Assembly (NCBI GenBank): GCA_951406725.2 | Contig: OX597816.1 | Location: 164,672,001 to 164,736,000 of the forward strand | Direction: 5' to 3' | Length of the DNA stretch: 64,000 nucleotides | DNA from: Octopus vulgaris | Taxonomy: Eukaryota | Shown here: piece by piece, positions 51,721 to 64,000 of the stretch | Numbering within the stretch: position 1 is the stretch's first letter | Layout of the letters: every line of letters starts with the position of its first letter | Made by a program: the position numbers and the translations under genes | The notes under the pieces: model-generated | Seen by the model: only the letters and a program-made list of their open reading frames with translations | Databases searched by the model: none | Told to the model about the DNA's origin: nothing

Positions 51721-52675
51721 AAAGAATCCGCCATTGATACTTTTTCAACTGCAAGTATGAAAAACGATTAAATTTTGGAAAAATTAAAAGGAAAGTTTTT
51801 TAAAAGAATATTTGCATAGTATTCAAATACAAGGGGCATTTTCTTTGTTTCTGCTTGTCTCTGTCTCATTTACACTCTCGCGATCACTTCTGGTCTTTGT
51901 CACTAACTCAGTTTCTTACCAAATTAGATGGTGTTTACATTTTTCGATTGCTCACCCTAAAGTACATTTTAAGCTGCGCAATTTGAAAATTACTTCGGTA
52001 CAAAAAAAAAGAGAAGAAATTTTCAGTAAAATATGAGAAGTCAAAAACGGAAGAGGAACGCCTGAAATCGACTTTGACTCACAATGTTATTCTCATTTCA
52101 AAATAAAATGCATGCACCAGCATTTTTCATTGTAATATATATATATATATATATAACGAAAACGAAGTCTGGTGGTTATCTGTGAACATCATGTTTCTGG
52201 ATTATAAACATATTGAATATATATTTCATATACATTGCATATATATTTCACATCCTTCTTCAGCACAGCTTTCCATTGAAAAAGATTTATCATAGATTTA
52301 TCAAATGCTACGTACCTCAAACCTTCTGACCATGCGACATCAAAATATTTGAAGAAAGTGAGCAAAAGCTAAACCTACATAGACGTTTGAATTCGTAAAT
52401 CTTCCCTCCAAAATTTTGCCATGCGCACTACAAAAATAGTTCCATATGATTAGGAACTATTGGGTGTCCAACTTTGATAGAAATAAGCATTCTTGACTGC
52501 TATTTCTATTTTTTCGGTATGCGGTCAAGCAACCTGTTGCCTGTCCCTTTTTCTTATATACAATATATATACTGAACTTTACAGAAGTTCCTGCCGGTAA
52601 TCGGCTATATTTACATACCGAATTCTACCAGTAAACAATTGGGGTTTTTTTAAAAGCCTTTATAGAAATTATTTA

Positions 52676-52741
<66 letters not shown>

Positions 52742-52890
52742 TTTCGCTTGGATAACATCGGTGGCGTGGAGAGAAGAGGCTGGTATGCATGGGCAACTGG
52801 TGGTCTTCTATAAACAACATTGCCTGGACTCGTGCCTCGGTGGGTAACTAGTAGGTGCAATCCAATGGTCATTCATGACCGAAGGGGGTC

Positions 52891-52940
<50 letters not shown>

Positions 52941-53256
52941 CACAGGCGTGACTGTGTAGTAAGGAATTGCTTCTCAACCACATGGTTCTGGGTTTAGTTC
53001 CACTGCGTGGCACCTTGGATGTTTTCTACTATTGCCTCGGGCCGACCAAAGTATTGGGAGTGGGTTTGTCAGACGGAAATTGAAAAAAGCCTTTTATATA
53101 TATAGGAGTGGCTGTGTGGTAAGTAGCCTGCTTACGAACCACATGGTTCCGGGTTCAGTCCCACTGAGTGGTACCTTACGCAAGTGCCTTCTACTATAAA
53201 CTCGGGCCAAGTCTTGTGAGTGGATTTGGTAGAAGGAAACGGAAAAGAAGCCCATC

Positions 53257-53340
<84 letters not shown>

Positions 53341-53542
53341 GTATATATGTTTGTGTGTCTGTGTTTATCCCCGCAACATCGGTTGACAACCGATGCGCTG
53401 GTGTGTTTACGTCCCCATAACTTAGCGGTTCGGCAAAAGAGGCCGATAGAATGAGCACTAGGCATACAAAGAATAAGTCCTGCGGTCGATTTGCTCGACT
53501 AAAAGGCATGGCCACAGTCAAAAGACGGAAACAAGTAAAAGA

Positions 53543-53596
<54 letters not shown>

Positions 53597-53957
53597 CCAC
53601 ATAAACGCACATAAAAAAATAATGTCTTGTATTCTGCAGACAAAACAAACGCTTTATTAACTTTTAGTGTTCTAACAATACAATAAATAAGAATATAAAG
53701 CCTACCACATACGTGTATGTGTGCGTGTGTGTGTATGTGGGCTTGTAAATATATACATATAGTCATATACATACATAGACAAACACATACAGACACGCAC
53801 ACACACGTACGTACAGAAGTGCATCTGGAAAAACCATTTTCGTCTAAATAGATATTCAAACAACCTGTTTAGAACAGTAGAGATCCTATAGGAGGAACTT
53901 AGCTGTTCAAAACAAAATTTAAAGAACACATAAGGAAATATGAAAAAAAAAAAAATA

Positions 53958-54008
<51 letters not shown>

Positions 54009-54209
54009 GTTTATACAACACAGTTGCGAACGTGTGTGTGTGTGTGTGTGTGTGTGTGCAAGGGTGTGCGTATATATATCGTATAGACAACCGATGCGTA
54101 CAGGCACTGTGTTGATACGTACACAAAGGACTTAGCGGTTTGTTTGCCAATGATACAAATGTACACTCACATATGCATTATTTATACATATACATACATA
54201 TATACGTAC

Positions 54210-54258
<49 letters not shown>

Positions 54259-54330
54259 TATATATACACATGCATATATACACATATATATATATACATA
54301 CATACATACATACATATATATATATATATA

Positions 54331-54370
<40 letters not shown>

Positions 54371-55291
54371 GCACACATACATACATATGTGTATATATAG
54401 ATGTGTATATATATGTAAATATATATGTACGTATATATATGTATGTATACATATATATACATATACAAATACATATATATGCCAATATATATATACATAT
54501 AAGTTTATATGCATAGTTATGTATGTGTATATATACATATATGTGAATATACACCTACAGTAAATATGTTATATATACATGGGTTTATATACATATATAT
54601 GTGTGCGTGTGTGTGTATGTGGGCTTGTAAATATATACATATAGTCATATACATACATAGACAAACACATACAGACACGCACACACACGTACGTACAGAA
54701 GTGCATCTGGAAAAACCATTTTCGTCTAAATAGATATTCAAACAACCTGTTTAGAACAGTAGAGCAGCAGAAGAAGAAGAAGAAAAAGAAGAAGATGAAG
54801 AAGGAGGAGGAGGAGGAGGAGGTGAATAAGGAGGAGGAGAAGAAGAAGAAGTTGAAGAAGGAGGAGGAGGAGGAGGAGAAGGAATAGGAGGAGAATAAGA
54901 AGGAGGAAGAGAAGAAGAAGAAGAAGAAGAAGGAGAAAGAGAAGTTGAAGGAGGAGGAGGAGGAGAAGAAGAAGAAGAAGGAGGAGGAGGAGGAGTATAA
55001 GAAGAAGGAGGAGGGGAGGAGGAGGAGAAGAAGAAGAAGAAGAAGAAGGAGAAGAAGAAGGAGAAGAAGAAGGAGAAGAAGAAGGAGGAGGAGGAGAAGA
55101 AGAAGAAGAAGAAGAAGAAGAACAAGAAGAAGAAGAAGAAGAAGAAGAACAACAACACAAGAAACCCGATTGTTTTCCAACCTTGTACCACGTAAAATCT
55201 GATTATTTTAATTATCAACTTGAATATAATACATTTAAGGATAGATTCAGGTCAGGCTTTATTAGAAACATCTGTTTAAGACTAATATCGT

Positions 55292-55349
<58 letters not shown>

Positions 55350-55740
55350 CACACATACACATATGTATATAGCCACAGTTATGTATGTGTATATATACAT
55401 ATATGTGAATATACACCTACAGTAAATATGTTATATATACATGGGTTTATATACATATATATATGTGTGTGTGCATGTATTGTGTGTGTGTGCGAATATG
55501 TTTATATATATATATGTACACATATGTCTTTTATATTCTACACATGTGCACGCGCACATGCACACTCACACATGCAAACACACAAGCGTGGCACCTTACG
55601 CCAGTGTCTTCTACTGTAGTCTAAGGCTGCCCCAAACCTTGTGAGTGGATTTGGTAGGGGGTCGATTTGTTCGACTAAACAAACCCGTGAAGGCGGTGCT
55701 CCAGGATGGCCACGGTGACATGACTGAAACAAATAAAAGA

Positions 55741-55807
<67 letters not shown>

Positions 55808-56155
55808 AATAGAGTGAATGAATTATCCTATGTTTATCGTCAGCATGGAAAATTCGTTTAACCGAAAACTGGGTAACAAATTCACGTCAAAAACACGGTT
55901 GAAGCGACCTGTCCAAGGGTAGAAACTCCGGGTTCATGTGCAGAAATTTGTGTGTTGTATATGAATAAATGAAGAAGAAGGAGGGGGAGAAGAAGAAGAA
56001 GAAGAACAACAACAACAACAACAAGAAACCCGATTGTTTTCCAACCTTGTACCACGTAAAATCTGATTATTTTAATTATCAACTTGAATATAATACATTT
56101 AAGGATAGATTCAGGTCAGGCTTTATTAGAAACATCTGTTTAAGACTAATATCGT

Positions 56156-56243
<88 letters not shown>

Positions 56244-56332
56244 CACACATACACATATGTATATAGCCACAGACGTGGCTGTGTGGTAAGAAGCTTGGTT
56301 CTTGTATCATCCTTGTATCATTATCATTCATC

Positions 56333-56421
<89 letters not shown>

Positions 56422-56432
56422 CATACATACAT

Positions 56433-56478
<46 letters not shown>

Positions 56479-57011
56479 TCTTTTTTTTTCTCTTTACTTG
56501 TTTCAGTCATTTTGACTGCGGCCATGAAACTGAAAGAAGCCCTTCGTATATATGTGTGTGTTTCCTGTCTACCGATGTTGGTGTATTTACGTCCTCGTAA
56601 CTCAGCGATTCGGCATAAGAGACCGAACCGCTAAGTAACGGGGACATAAACACACCAGCATCGGTTGTCAAGCAATGCTAGGGGGACAAACAAATAAAAG
56701 AATACATACATATATATAAAGTTAATCCAAACAAGAAAGGGCTTCTTTCAGTTTCCGTCTGCCGAATCCACTCACAAGGCATTGGTCGGCCCGGGGCTAT
56801 AGCAGAAGACACTTGCCCAAGATGCCACGCAGTGGGATTGAACCAGAACCATGTGGTTGGTTAGCAAGCTACTTACCACACAGCCACTCCTGCGCCTATA
56901 TATATATATATATAACGGGAAGGTTTACGAAAATAAACAAAAGACGAAGGCAGGTGGAGTACAAACAAACAAATGTATTAGTATGGCGCTCAGGAATAGA
57001 AATAGGACAAG

Positions 57012-57049
57012 TCTTTTACGTTTCGAGCCTACGCTCTTCGACAGAAAGA
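57012..57049 (-). ncRNA. Minimal type I hammerhead, core variant CUGUCGA
   Basis: UCUUU-CUGUCGA-A-GAGC(GUAG)GCUC-GAAA-CG-UA-AAAGA. Confidence 0.65.
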
Positions 57050-57250
57050 TACACAGAAAAGAAACAAGGAGAGAAACAAGGAGAGAAAAAATGTGTGTAG
57101 GAGCTAACGGTCTATCATGGCGTATATACATATATATGTATATACATATGCATATATGGGTACAGGACGAATACGAAAACATGGAATACGAAGGTTTTTT
57201 GCGAACAACGAAAGAGACAAATGGGGAACAAGACAAGTAACACAAAGAAC

Positions 57251-57296
57251 GACCCTTCATCAATTGTCGACTGTTTTATCTACTCCGCATTTTGAG
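57251..57296 (-). ncRNA. Decayed 3' half of permuted hammerhead
   Basis: CUC-AAAA-UGCG..CGACAA-UUGAUGA-AGGGUC; tail homologous to 49.7 and 43.8 kb. Confidence 0.45.
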
Positions 57297-57316
57297 TAAT
57301 TACGATACACACACAC

Positions 57317-57356
<40 letters not shown>

Positions 57357-57961
57357 ATACACAATAATTAATATTAATATTAGGGAAGGTATTTCCAAGT
57401 CCACAGGCGAGAGAAGTTCCATTTAGTGGTACTAAAATGAATTACTCACGGTATTATATACATATATATACAGATAGGTTTTTAAGAGACAGAATCACCC
57501 TCAAGCAACTCATATAGGACTAAATATTAAAATTATCAAAATCAATACCTACAATTCTTATTCCAAATTATCAAAATTAATACCTTCAATTCTTATTTCA
57601 AATCGTATACTTTACTACGCGCGTTGCTGAAATAGAATGTCTCTAAATACAATACCATATTAAAACGATTATATTGACAATCTTCAGGTGTAGCATATAT
57701 GAACTTATTTTGCTATTTACATCCTATATAACTAAATTTACATCCTATATAAACTAAATTTATAAAACTAGAAGTTGTTGGAATAATTTTACTTTAGTAA
57801 ATAATGAACAGAAATGTGGAATAAAAGTAGGAAAAAGAAATGTTAGTAAAAACAAATGTTAACTTATTTGTATGGTAATTTTCTTTCCATGAATTAAACA
57901 TGGCTACCAGCAATCATATAATCCAGCATTGAGAGCTACTTTTTGGGGGAGATACATATAA

Positions 57962-58007
57962 GACACCTGAAGAAGGCTGGAGGGTATATCAGCCGAAACG
58001 TTGTGTT
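57962..58007 (+). ncRNA. Minimal type I hammerhead
   Basis: GACAC-CUGAAGA-A-GGCUG..CAGCC-GAAA-CG-UU-GUGUU; AACGUU palindrome. Confidence 0.7.
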
Positions 58008-58071
58008 AACAATAAACAAGATGGGGACAAATATCCGTCGAATATAAATAATGTAAATAATGTACATAATT

Positions 58072-58235
58072 AGGCGCAGGAGTGGTTGTGTGGTAAGTAG
58101 CTTGCTTACCAACCACATGGTTCCGTGTTCAGTCCCACTGCGTGGCACTTTGGGCAAGTGTCTTGTACTTTAGCCTCGGGCCGATCAAATCCTTGTTAGT
58201 TGATTTGGTAGACGGAAACTGAAAGAAGCCCGTCG

Positions 58236-58280
<45 letters not shown>

Positions 58281-58488
58281 ATGTCTGTGTGTCTGTGTCC
58301 CCCCAACATCGCTTGACAACCGATGCTGGTGTGTTTACGCCCCCGTAACTTAGCGGTTCGGCAAAAGAGACCGATAGAATAAGTACTAGGCTTACAAAGA
58401 ATAAGTCCTGGGGTCGATTTGCTCGACTGAAGGTGGTGCTCCAGCATGGCCGCAGTCAAATGACTGAAACAAGTAAAAGAGTAAAAGA
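58072..58488 (+). mobile_element. SINE family A inserted into the HHR element tail
   Basis: Flanks ..gtacataatt / aattcctcatctc.. are contiguous in the homologue near 40240. Confidence 0.88.
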
Positions 58489-58664
58489 ATTCCTCATCTC
58501 TTAAATATAGAACTGTATACACTGTCTTCGTTTCAATTAATTCTGAAAATAACGAAGAATTCGGTAAAAACATCTTCGCCATTATCAAGCTGGTATTTGG
58601 AACGCAAATTGAGATGGAATTTTGATGGAAGGTTTTCATTTAGATCACTTTAACCCCTTTGTTA

Positions 58665-59048
58665 CCATATTTCTGCTGAAATACACATTTAAAAAATATT
58701 GTTACTTAGAGAGAAATTATAAAATTAGAAACACTATGGACCTCAATTATTTATGGCTCTGACAAAGGTGTGTACTTTTAATTGATTAAAGTCAAACAAT
58801 GACATGTAGATTATATCTATGTGTTAGGTAGCTTCCAGTCTTTTTGCTTCTACTACCCATATTTCTGCTGAAATATACAGTTAAAAATATTGTTACTTAG
58901 AGAAATTATAAAATTACAAACCCTATGGACCTCAATTATTTATGGCTCTGACAAAGGTGTGTACTTTTAATTGATTAAAGTCAAACAATGACATGTAGAT
59001 TATATCTGTGGGTGTTAGGTAGCTTCCAGTCTTTTTGCTTTTACTACC
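58665..59048. repeat. ~193 bp tandem duplication
   Basis: catatttctgctgaaata..gcttccagtctttttgctt twice. Confidence 0.9.
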
Positions 59049-60260
59049 GTTCTCATGATCGAGACTGGTGGTTATTTCTAACAATATCAGTGTTTAATAG
59101 TGTCGTCACATCATGTTTTAAATATTTACTTTCTTCCGGTAAAAGTATGACCTAAGTCCAAAATCGTGGGAAACAAAGTACCAAGATACAAGTCATGATA
59201 GACACAATACTTAATCAACTGAAGAGAAGACTTCACAATAGCCAACACACACAATAAAATAACGCTATTGTTATATATATTGTCACATATAATGTTATAT
59301 ATCTAAACCAGTTATAACTACAACATTTTCCCACCGTATAAAACGATTTCCTCCGTGGCGAACAAAAAACGTAGGCGGTGAATCAACACAGTTAGAGCGT
59401 GGTATTAAAGAAATTATTTTATTCGTTCCGATCCCATGCACTCTGAGTTCAAATACAGCAAAGTTTTTTTTTTTAATTATGATCCATGAAATCGCCGAAT
59501 GAGATAACTTGCGACATTTTCTTCGGCGTTTACGGTCTGAGTTCTCAGGTGGTTCAGGTAATCTTCCAACCAATTTAACACCATTTCCTTTGGTTTTGGG
59601 GTGCCTTTAGTAGAGTTCAGTATGTTGCAACCACTCTGGGTATTTTGGTCTGAGGACAGCTTCTTCCCTTCACTCTACTAAGTTCCAAGGCTCTCGACTT
59701 CCAGACTTCCAGAATAATTGGTTATATGTGTATATATATATATATGGATGCATGTATATTTACTCTTTACTCTCTTTTACTTGTTTCAGTCATTTGACTG
59801 CGGTCATTCTGGAGCACCGCCTTTTTAGTCGAATAAATCGACCTCAGGACTTATTCTTTGTAAGCCTAGTACTTATTTTATTGGTCTGTTTTGCCGAACC
59901 GCTAATTTACGGGGACGTAAACACACCAACATCTGTAGTCAAGCGAAGGTGGTGGTGGTAAAGACAAACACAGACACACCGATATATACACACATACATG
60001 CATACATACATACATACATACATACATACATACATACATACATACATACATACATACGTACGTACATACATGCATACATATATACATACATGCATACATA
60101 CATACATGCATACGTACATACATACATACATACATACATACATACATACATACACACATACATACATACACAGCTGAAATTTATAGAAAAACAAAAGATG
60201 AAGACAGGTGTATGAACAACGAGCAAGTGTATTAGCTTGACTCTCGGGAAAATGAAAAAG

Positions 60261-60298
60261 CCCTTTACCTTTCGAGCCTACGCTCTTCAACAGAAAGG
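60261..60298 (-). ncRNA. Minimal type I hammerhead, core variant CUGUUGA
   Basis: CCUUU-CUGUUGA-A-GAGC(GUAG)GCUC-GAAA-GG-UA-AAGGG. Confidence 0.6.
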
Positions 60299-60532
60299 AA
60301 TAAGAGAAAATAAAGAGAGAATGAAAAATTCACTCTACCGTCTACCAAATTCACTCAAAAGGGTTTGATCGGCCCGAGGCTACAGTAGAAGACACTTGCC
60401 CAAGGTGCCACACAGTGGGACTGAACCCGGAACAATGTGGTTTGTAAGCAAGCTTCTTACCACACAGCGACGCCTATATACATGAGCAAGAGTGGCTGTG
60501 TGGTAAGAAATTTGCTTTCCAACCATATGTTG

Positions 60533-60587
<55 letters not shown>

Positions 60588-60638
60588 GAAATATTAAATT
60601 TCTAAATATCTCATAGAGATATGTGCGGGATTGAGCGA

Positions 60639-60858
60639 TACAGTGGTTGTATACTGTCAACTTAACGTGACAGTCCTGTAAGGGAATTACACCACCGCTA
60701 TTTAGCCCTAGGAAGCATCGACGAACGGGAATTACACCACTGCTATTTAGCCCTAGGAAGCATCGACGCTTCGTCGATGCTTCCTAGGGCTAAATAGCGG
60801 TGGTGTAATTCCCGTTACGGGACTGTCACGTTAAGTTGACAGTAGACAACCACTCTAT
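60639..60858. repeat. Foldback palindrome with internal ~44 bp duplication
   Basis: 60641-60725 is the near-perfect reverse complement of 60770-60854; 60727-60768 duplicates the inner left arm. Confidence 0.88.
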
Positions 60859-61486
60859 ATAAATATTAAATTCTGAAAATATTAACTTCTGAAAATATTA
60901 GATTATAATTCTAAACATTAAATTCTGAAAATAATAAATTCTAATTCTAAAATATTAAATTCTGAAAAATTTAAATTCTAATTCTAAAATATTAAATTTT
61001 GAAAATATTAAATTTTGAAAATATTAAATTTTGAAAATATTAACTTTTAATTCCAATTTAAAATTTATAATTATTTTTCTTGGCATGACTTCGGGGCGGG
61101 GGTTAGTCGATTAGATCGACTTCGGTACTTATGTTTTATTTTATAGACCTCGGAATTATTAAAGGCGGAAATGATTTCGGTGGGCTTGCTACTAAATGCT
61201 TGCAAATCATTTATTTTGTCCGACGCACTGAAGATTCAATCAAATACCACTTCGCTTAGGCTCTGATATCGATCTTTAATTATTTCTGTCAAATTAGAAT
61301 TAGGCAAAAATTAAAAAAAAAAAAAGCATATCACATGCTACCGGAAGTAAGTCCATCAACACGCTTCTCTCTCCCTTTACACTCGCGCGCGCACACTCAC
61401 AAATACACACGCACGAATTTTTCAAGGAAGACTTAGAAGTCACTACCCACCTTTTCCTTGTAATATTTTATAAGTAATCCAAACTA

Positions 61487-61766
61487 GCGGCTCCCAAACT
61501 TTTTCGGGATGCCGCCCCCTTGACACCCACGCCACATTCCTAGTACCCTCACCCCAACTAATCATTACAAACATAGACCTCTTTCTGAAGCAAATTCAAA
61601 GCAACTGTATTTCACCAATAAAAATTAACCTCATGAACCCATTATTTTGTTGCTTTTACATGAATTGGTACCCACATTATCGTCCCACTTTTCTTCAACG
61701 CCCCCTTCGAACTTACCAGCGCTCCTAGTGAGTTGGGGAAATACCGCCCACTTCGGGAACCACTGC
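61487..61766. mobile_element. hAT-Charlie-type MITE
   Basis: Ends tagcggctcccaaa / ttcgggaaccactg; partial inverted copy at 9810-10001. Confidence 0.65.
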
Positions 61767-62454
61767 TCTAGAGAAATCTCTGTTTCATGTTAAACTGCTT
61801 TCTGTTACGTAACGTCACCTAAAAGCAAACACATACACACATACATATATACGAATGTGTGTATGTGCGTAGTGTTTGTGGTGGTGTTGGACCATTATTT
61901 GTTATCAGTTCAACTGACCTATATGTAACATATGGTTCACAATGAACAGCTTGACGAGAATGAAAGAGAACGAGGCGTAAAACATTGAGGACCAATAAGG
62001 ACGGTCATAATAAGAGCAAAACAGTCGTTTCATGAAACAACCTTCCAATTATAAATAAATAAACGTAGACACGCCAGCATGGAATAACTGTATAAATTAT
62101 AGCAAATATTCTTTCAAATATGACCTACTTCTTCCTCTAAACTTAAGTTCACGTCTGGGTCGATATTTTTCATTGCTCGTTCCGGTTTTTACCCTCAAAT
62201 AACATATTGTTACAGTATTCTTCTTCTTCTTCTTCTTCTTCTTCTTCTTCTTCTTCTTCTTCTTCTTCTTCTTCTTCTTCTTCTTCTTCTTCTTCTTCTT
62301 CTTCTTCTTCTTCTTCTTCTTCTTCTTCTTCTTCTTCTTCTTCTTCTTTTTCTTCTTCTTCTTCTTCTTCTTCTTCTTCTTCTTCTTCTTCTTCTCCTTC
62401 TTCTTCTCCTCCTCCTCCTCCCCTCCTTCTCCTCCTCCTCCTCCTCCTTCTTCT

Positions 62455-62526
<72 letters not shown>

Positions 62527-62871
62527 TTCATTATTGAGTGAGAGAGTAGTGCATGCCATCAAAGTGACACTGGGGTAAAATATACGAAGCCCAATCTACC
62601 CATCATGACTATCCGTCTGATAAGGGTACACCAGGTACATGCATCACAAACATATGTGCGCGACATGCTGATCTCGTATCAAGATAAACAGCGCATGACC
62701 TTTACAGGTGGGGGTCCAGTTAGAATTTTCTTCAGATCGAGTAGCCCATCCCGCTCAAAAGGTCCCTGAATAAGGGTTGTTTAAGGATGATGAAACACCC
62801 ATGTTTTCAGAGGTGAATTATCCAAACTCCAAAGAATTCCTCTCAACACATGGCTATGATGCTTCCCCATT

Positions 62872-63630
62872 ATTACCTCCGCCTTAGCAAAGGCGGAAGT
62901 ATTGTTTTCAGTCGTGTTTGTTTGTTTGTTTGTCCGTGGACAAGATATCTCAAGAACCACAGAATGGATTCGGATGAAACTTTCAGGGATGTTTGGCCTT
63001 GTGACTGGCACTAACTGATTAGACTTTGGGTACCGGAAAAGGATTCTGGATTATTTTTCCTGTTCTTTTACTTAACTTTTGAGAGAGGTCATGTTCATTT
63101 TTAGTATTCTCGTTTGCGAGAACAGTCGAGTTTATTTCAGATATTCTCATTTTAAAAATAGTCTCTGGATAATCGTTAGGAGGACGTTGGTGTTGTCTTG
63201 ACGGAGGAGGCGCAATGGCCCAGTGGTTAGGGCAGCGGACTTGCGGTCGTAGGATCGCGGTTTCGATTCCCAGACCGGGCGTTGTGAGTGTTTATTGAGC
63301 GAAAACACCTAAAGCTCCACGATGCTCCGGCAGGGATGGTGGTGATCCCTGCTGTACTCTTTCACCACAACTTTCTCTCACTCTTACTTCCTGTTTCTGT
63401 TGTACATGTATTTCAAAGGGCCGGCCTTGTCACTCTCTGTGTCACGCTGAATATCCCCGAGAACTACGTTAAGGGTACACGTGTCTGTGGAGTGCTCAGC
63501 CACTTACACGTTAATTTCACGAGAAGGCTGTTCCGTTGATCGGATCAACCAGAACCCTCGTCGTCGTAACCGACGGAGTGCTTCCATCCATGTCTTGACG
63601 GAGGTTTGCGCTCTGTGAGTGGTTTTGTTA
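62872..63630 (+). mobile_element. Helentron-associated (HINE/DINE-1-like) element interrupted by a SINE
   Basis: TTACCTCCGCC..GGCGGA subterminal inverted repeat, (GTTT)n, 3' GACGGAGG, short stem and T-run. Confidence 0.6.
63206..63590 (+). mobile_element. SINE family C, full length with target-site duplication
   Basis: tgtcttgacgga on both sides (63194-63205 and 63591-63602). Confidence 0.9.
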
Positions 63631-64000
63631 CTATCACCATTATTACTAGTGCGGCCAGCTGACAGAATAGTTTTTTCTCGCCGAAAGAAATGCTTAACGG
63701 GACATTCCATTCCATTCCAATCACCTTCAACTGTTTGTCTATATCATATTACTCAGTCTCGAATGCATCAATTGAAGTGTCTCCCTTTAAACGATATAAA
63801 GACTAGTTGTTTTTGTGTCGCATCTCTTCCTTTGATATTGCACTCCATGTCTTGGGCCCTTGTGGCTCATAAAAAAATCATTATTATAATTATGGAAGAC
63901 GTCGCACAGTATCCAATATTGTGCTGTAGATTGAAGATATTGTGTTGTTATTAATGTTATTTTGCTGTAATTCATCAATATTCCGAGATATCACCGTCTT

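Noticed and set aside
57600-57900. Possible decayed PLE GIY-YIG coding sequence upstream of the HHR
   Set aside because: Only faint resemblance across stops and frameshifts; not supportable without TBLASTN.
59215-59240. CUGAAGA-GAAG-AC-UUC as a hammerhead
   Set aside because: No GAAA or helix III follows.
61335-61400. ACCGGAAGT (ETS-like) site plus CG run as a promoter; similar motif near 21655
   Set aside because: Short motifs with no identifiable downstream exon.
63206-63280. SINE heads as tRNA genes
   Set aside because: A/B boxes are present but there is no proper cloverleaf; they run into repeat bodies with many diverged copies.

Overview
This 64 kb window is AT-rich, microsatellite-saturated animal DNA; the SINE families suggest a cephalopod (octopus-like), which is inference. 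I see no host protein-coding gene; nearly all long ORFs are translations of simple repeats. Supported content: two identical tRNA-Leu(UAA) genes in a ~207 bp tandem duplication, three tRNA-derived SINE families, and remnants of CR1/L2-group, L1/Tx1 and R4/Dong LINEs, Buster-type hAT, mariner, Tigger and Helitron/Helentron elements, plus MITEs and satellites. The main discovery is a population of small non-coding elements sitting in (TA)n tracts and carrying hammerhead ribozyme (HHR) cores. (1) A non-circularly permuted, pseudoknotted HHR with strand order closing helix - hairpin - IIa - P0a - IIIa/NUH/Ia - IIb/GAAA/IIIb - P0b - Ib/CUGANGA - closing helix. It is complete at 13.1, 26.9 and 35.8 kb and partial at five more loci, with compensatory changes across copies in all six helices. 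(2) Minimal type I HHRs with palindromic helix III. (3) An internally deleted Penelope-like element linking HHRs to a short PLE-type ORF. All structures were derived by eye; no folding, search or cleavage assay was run.
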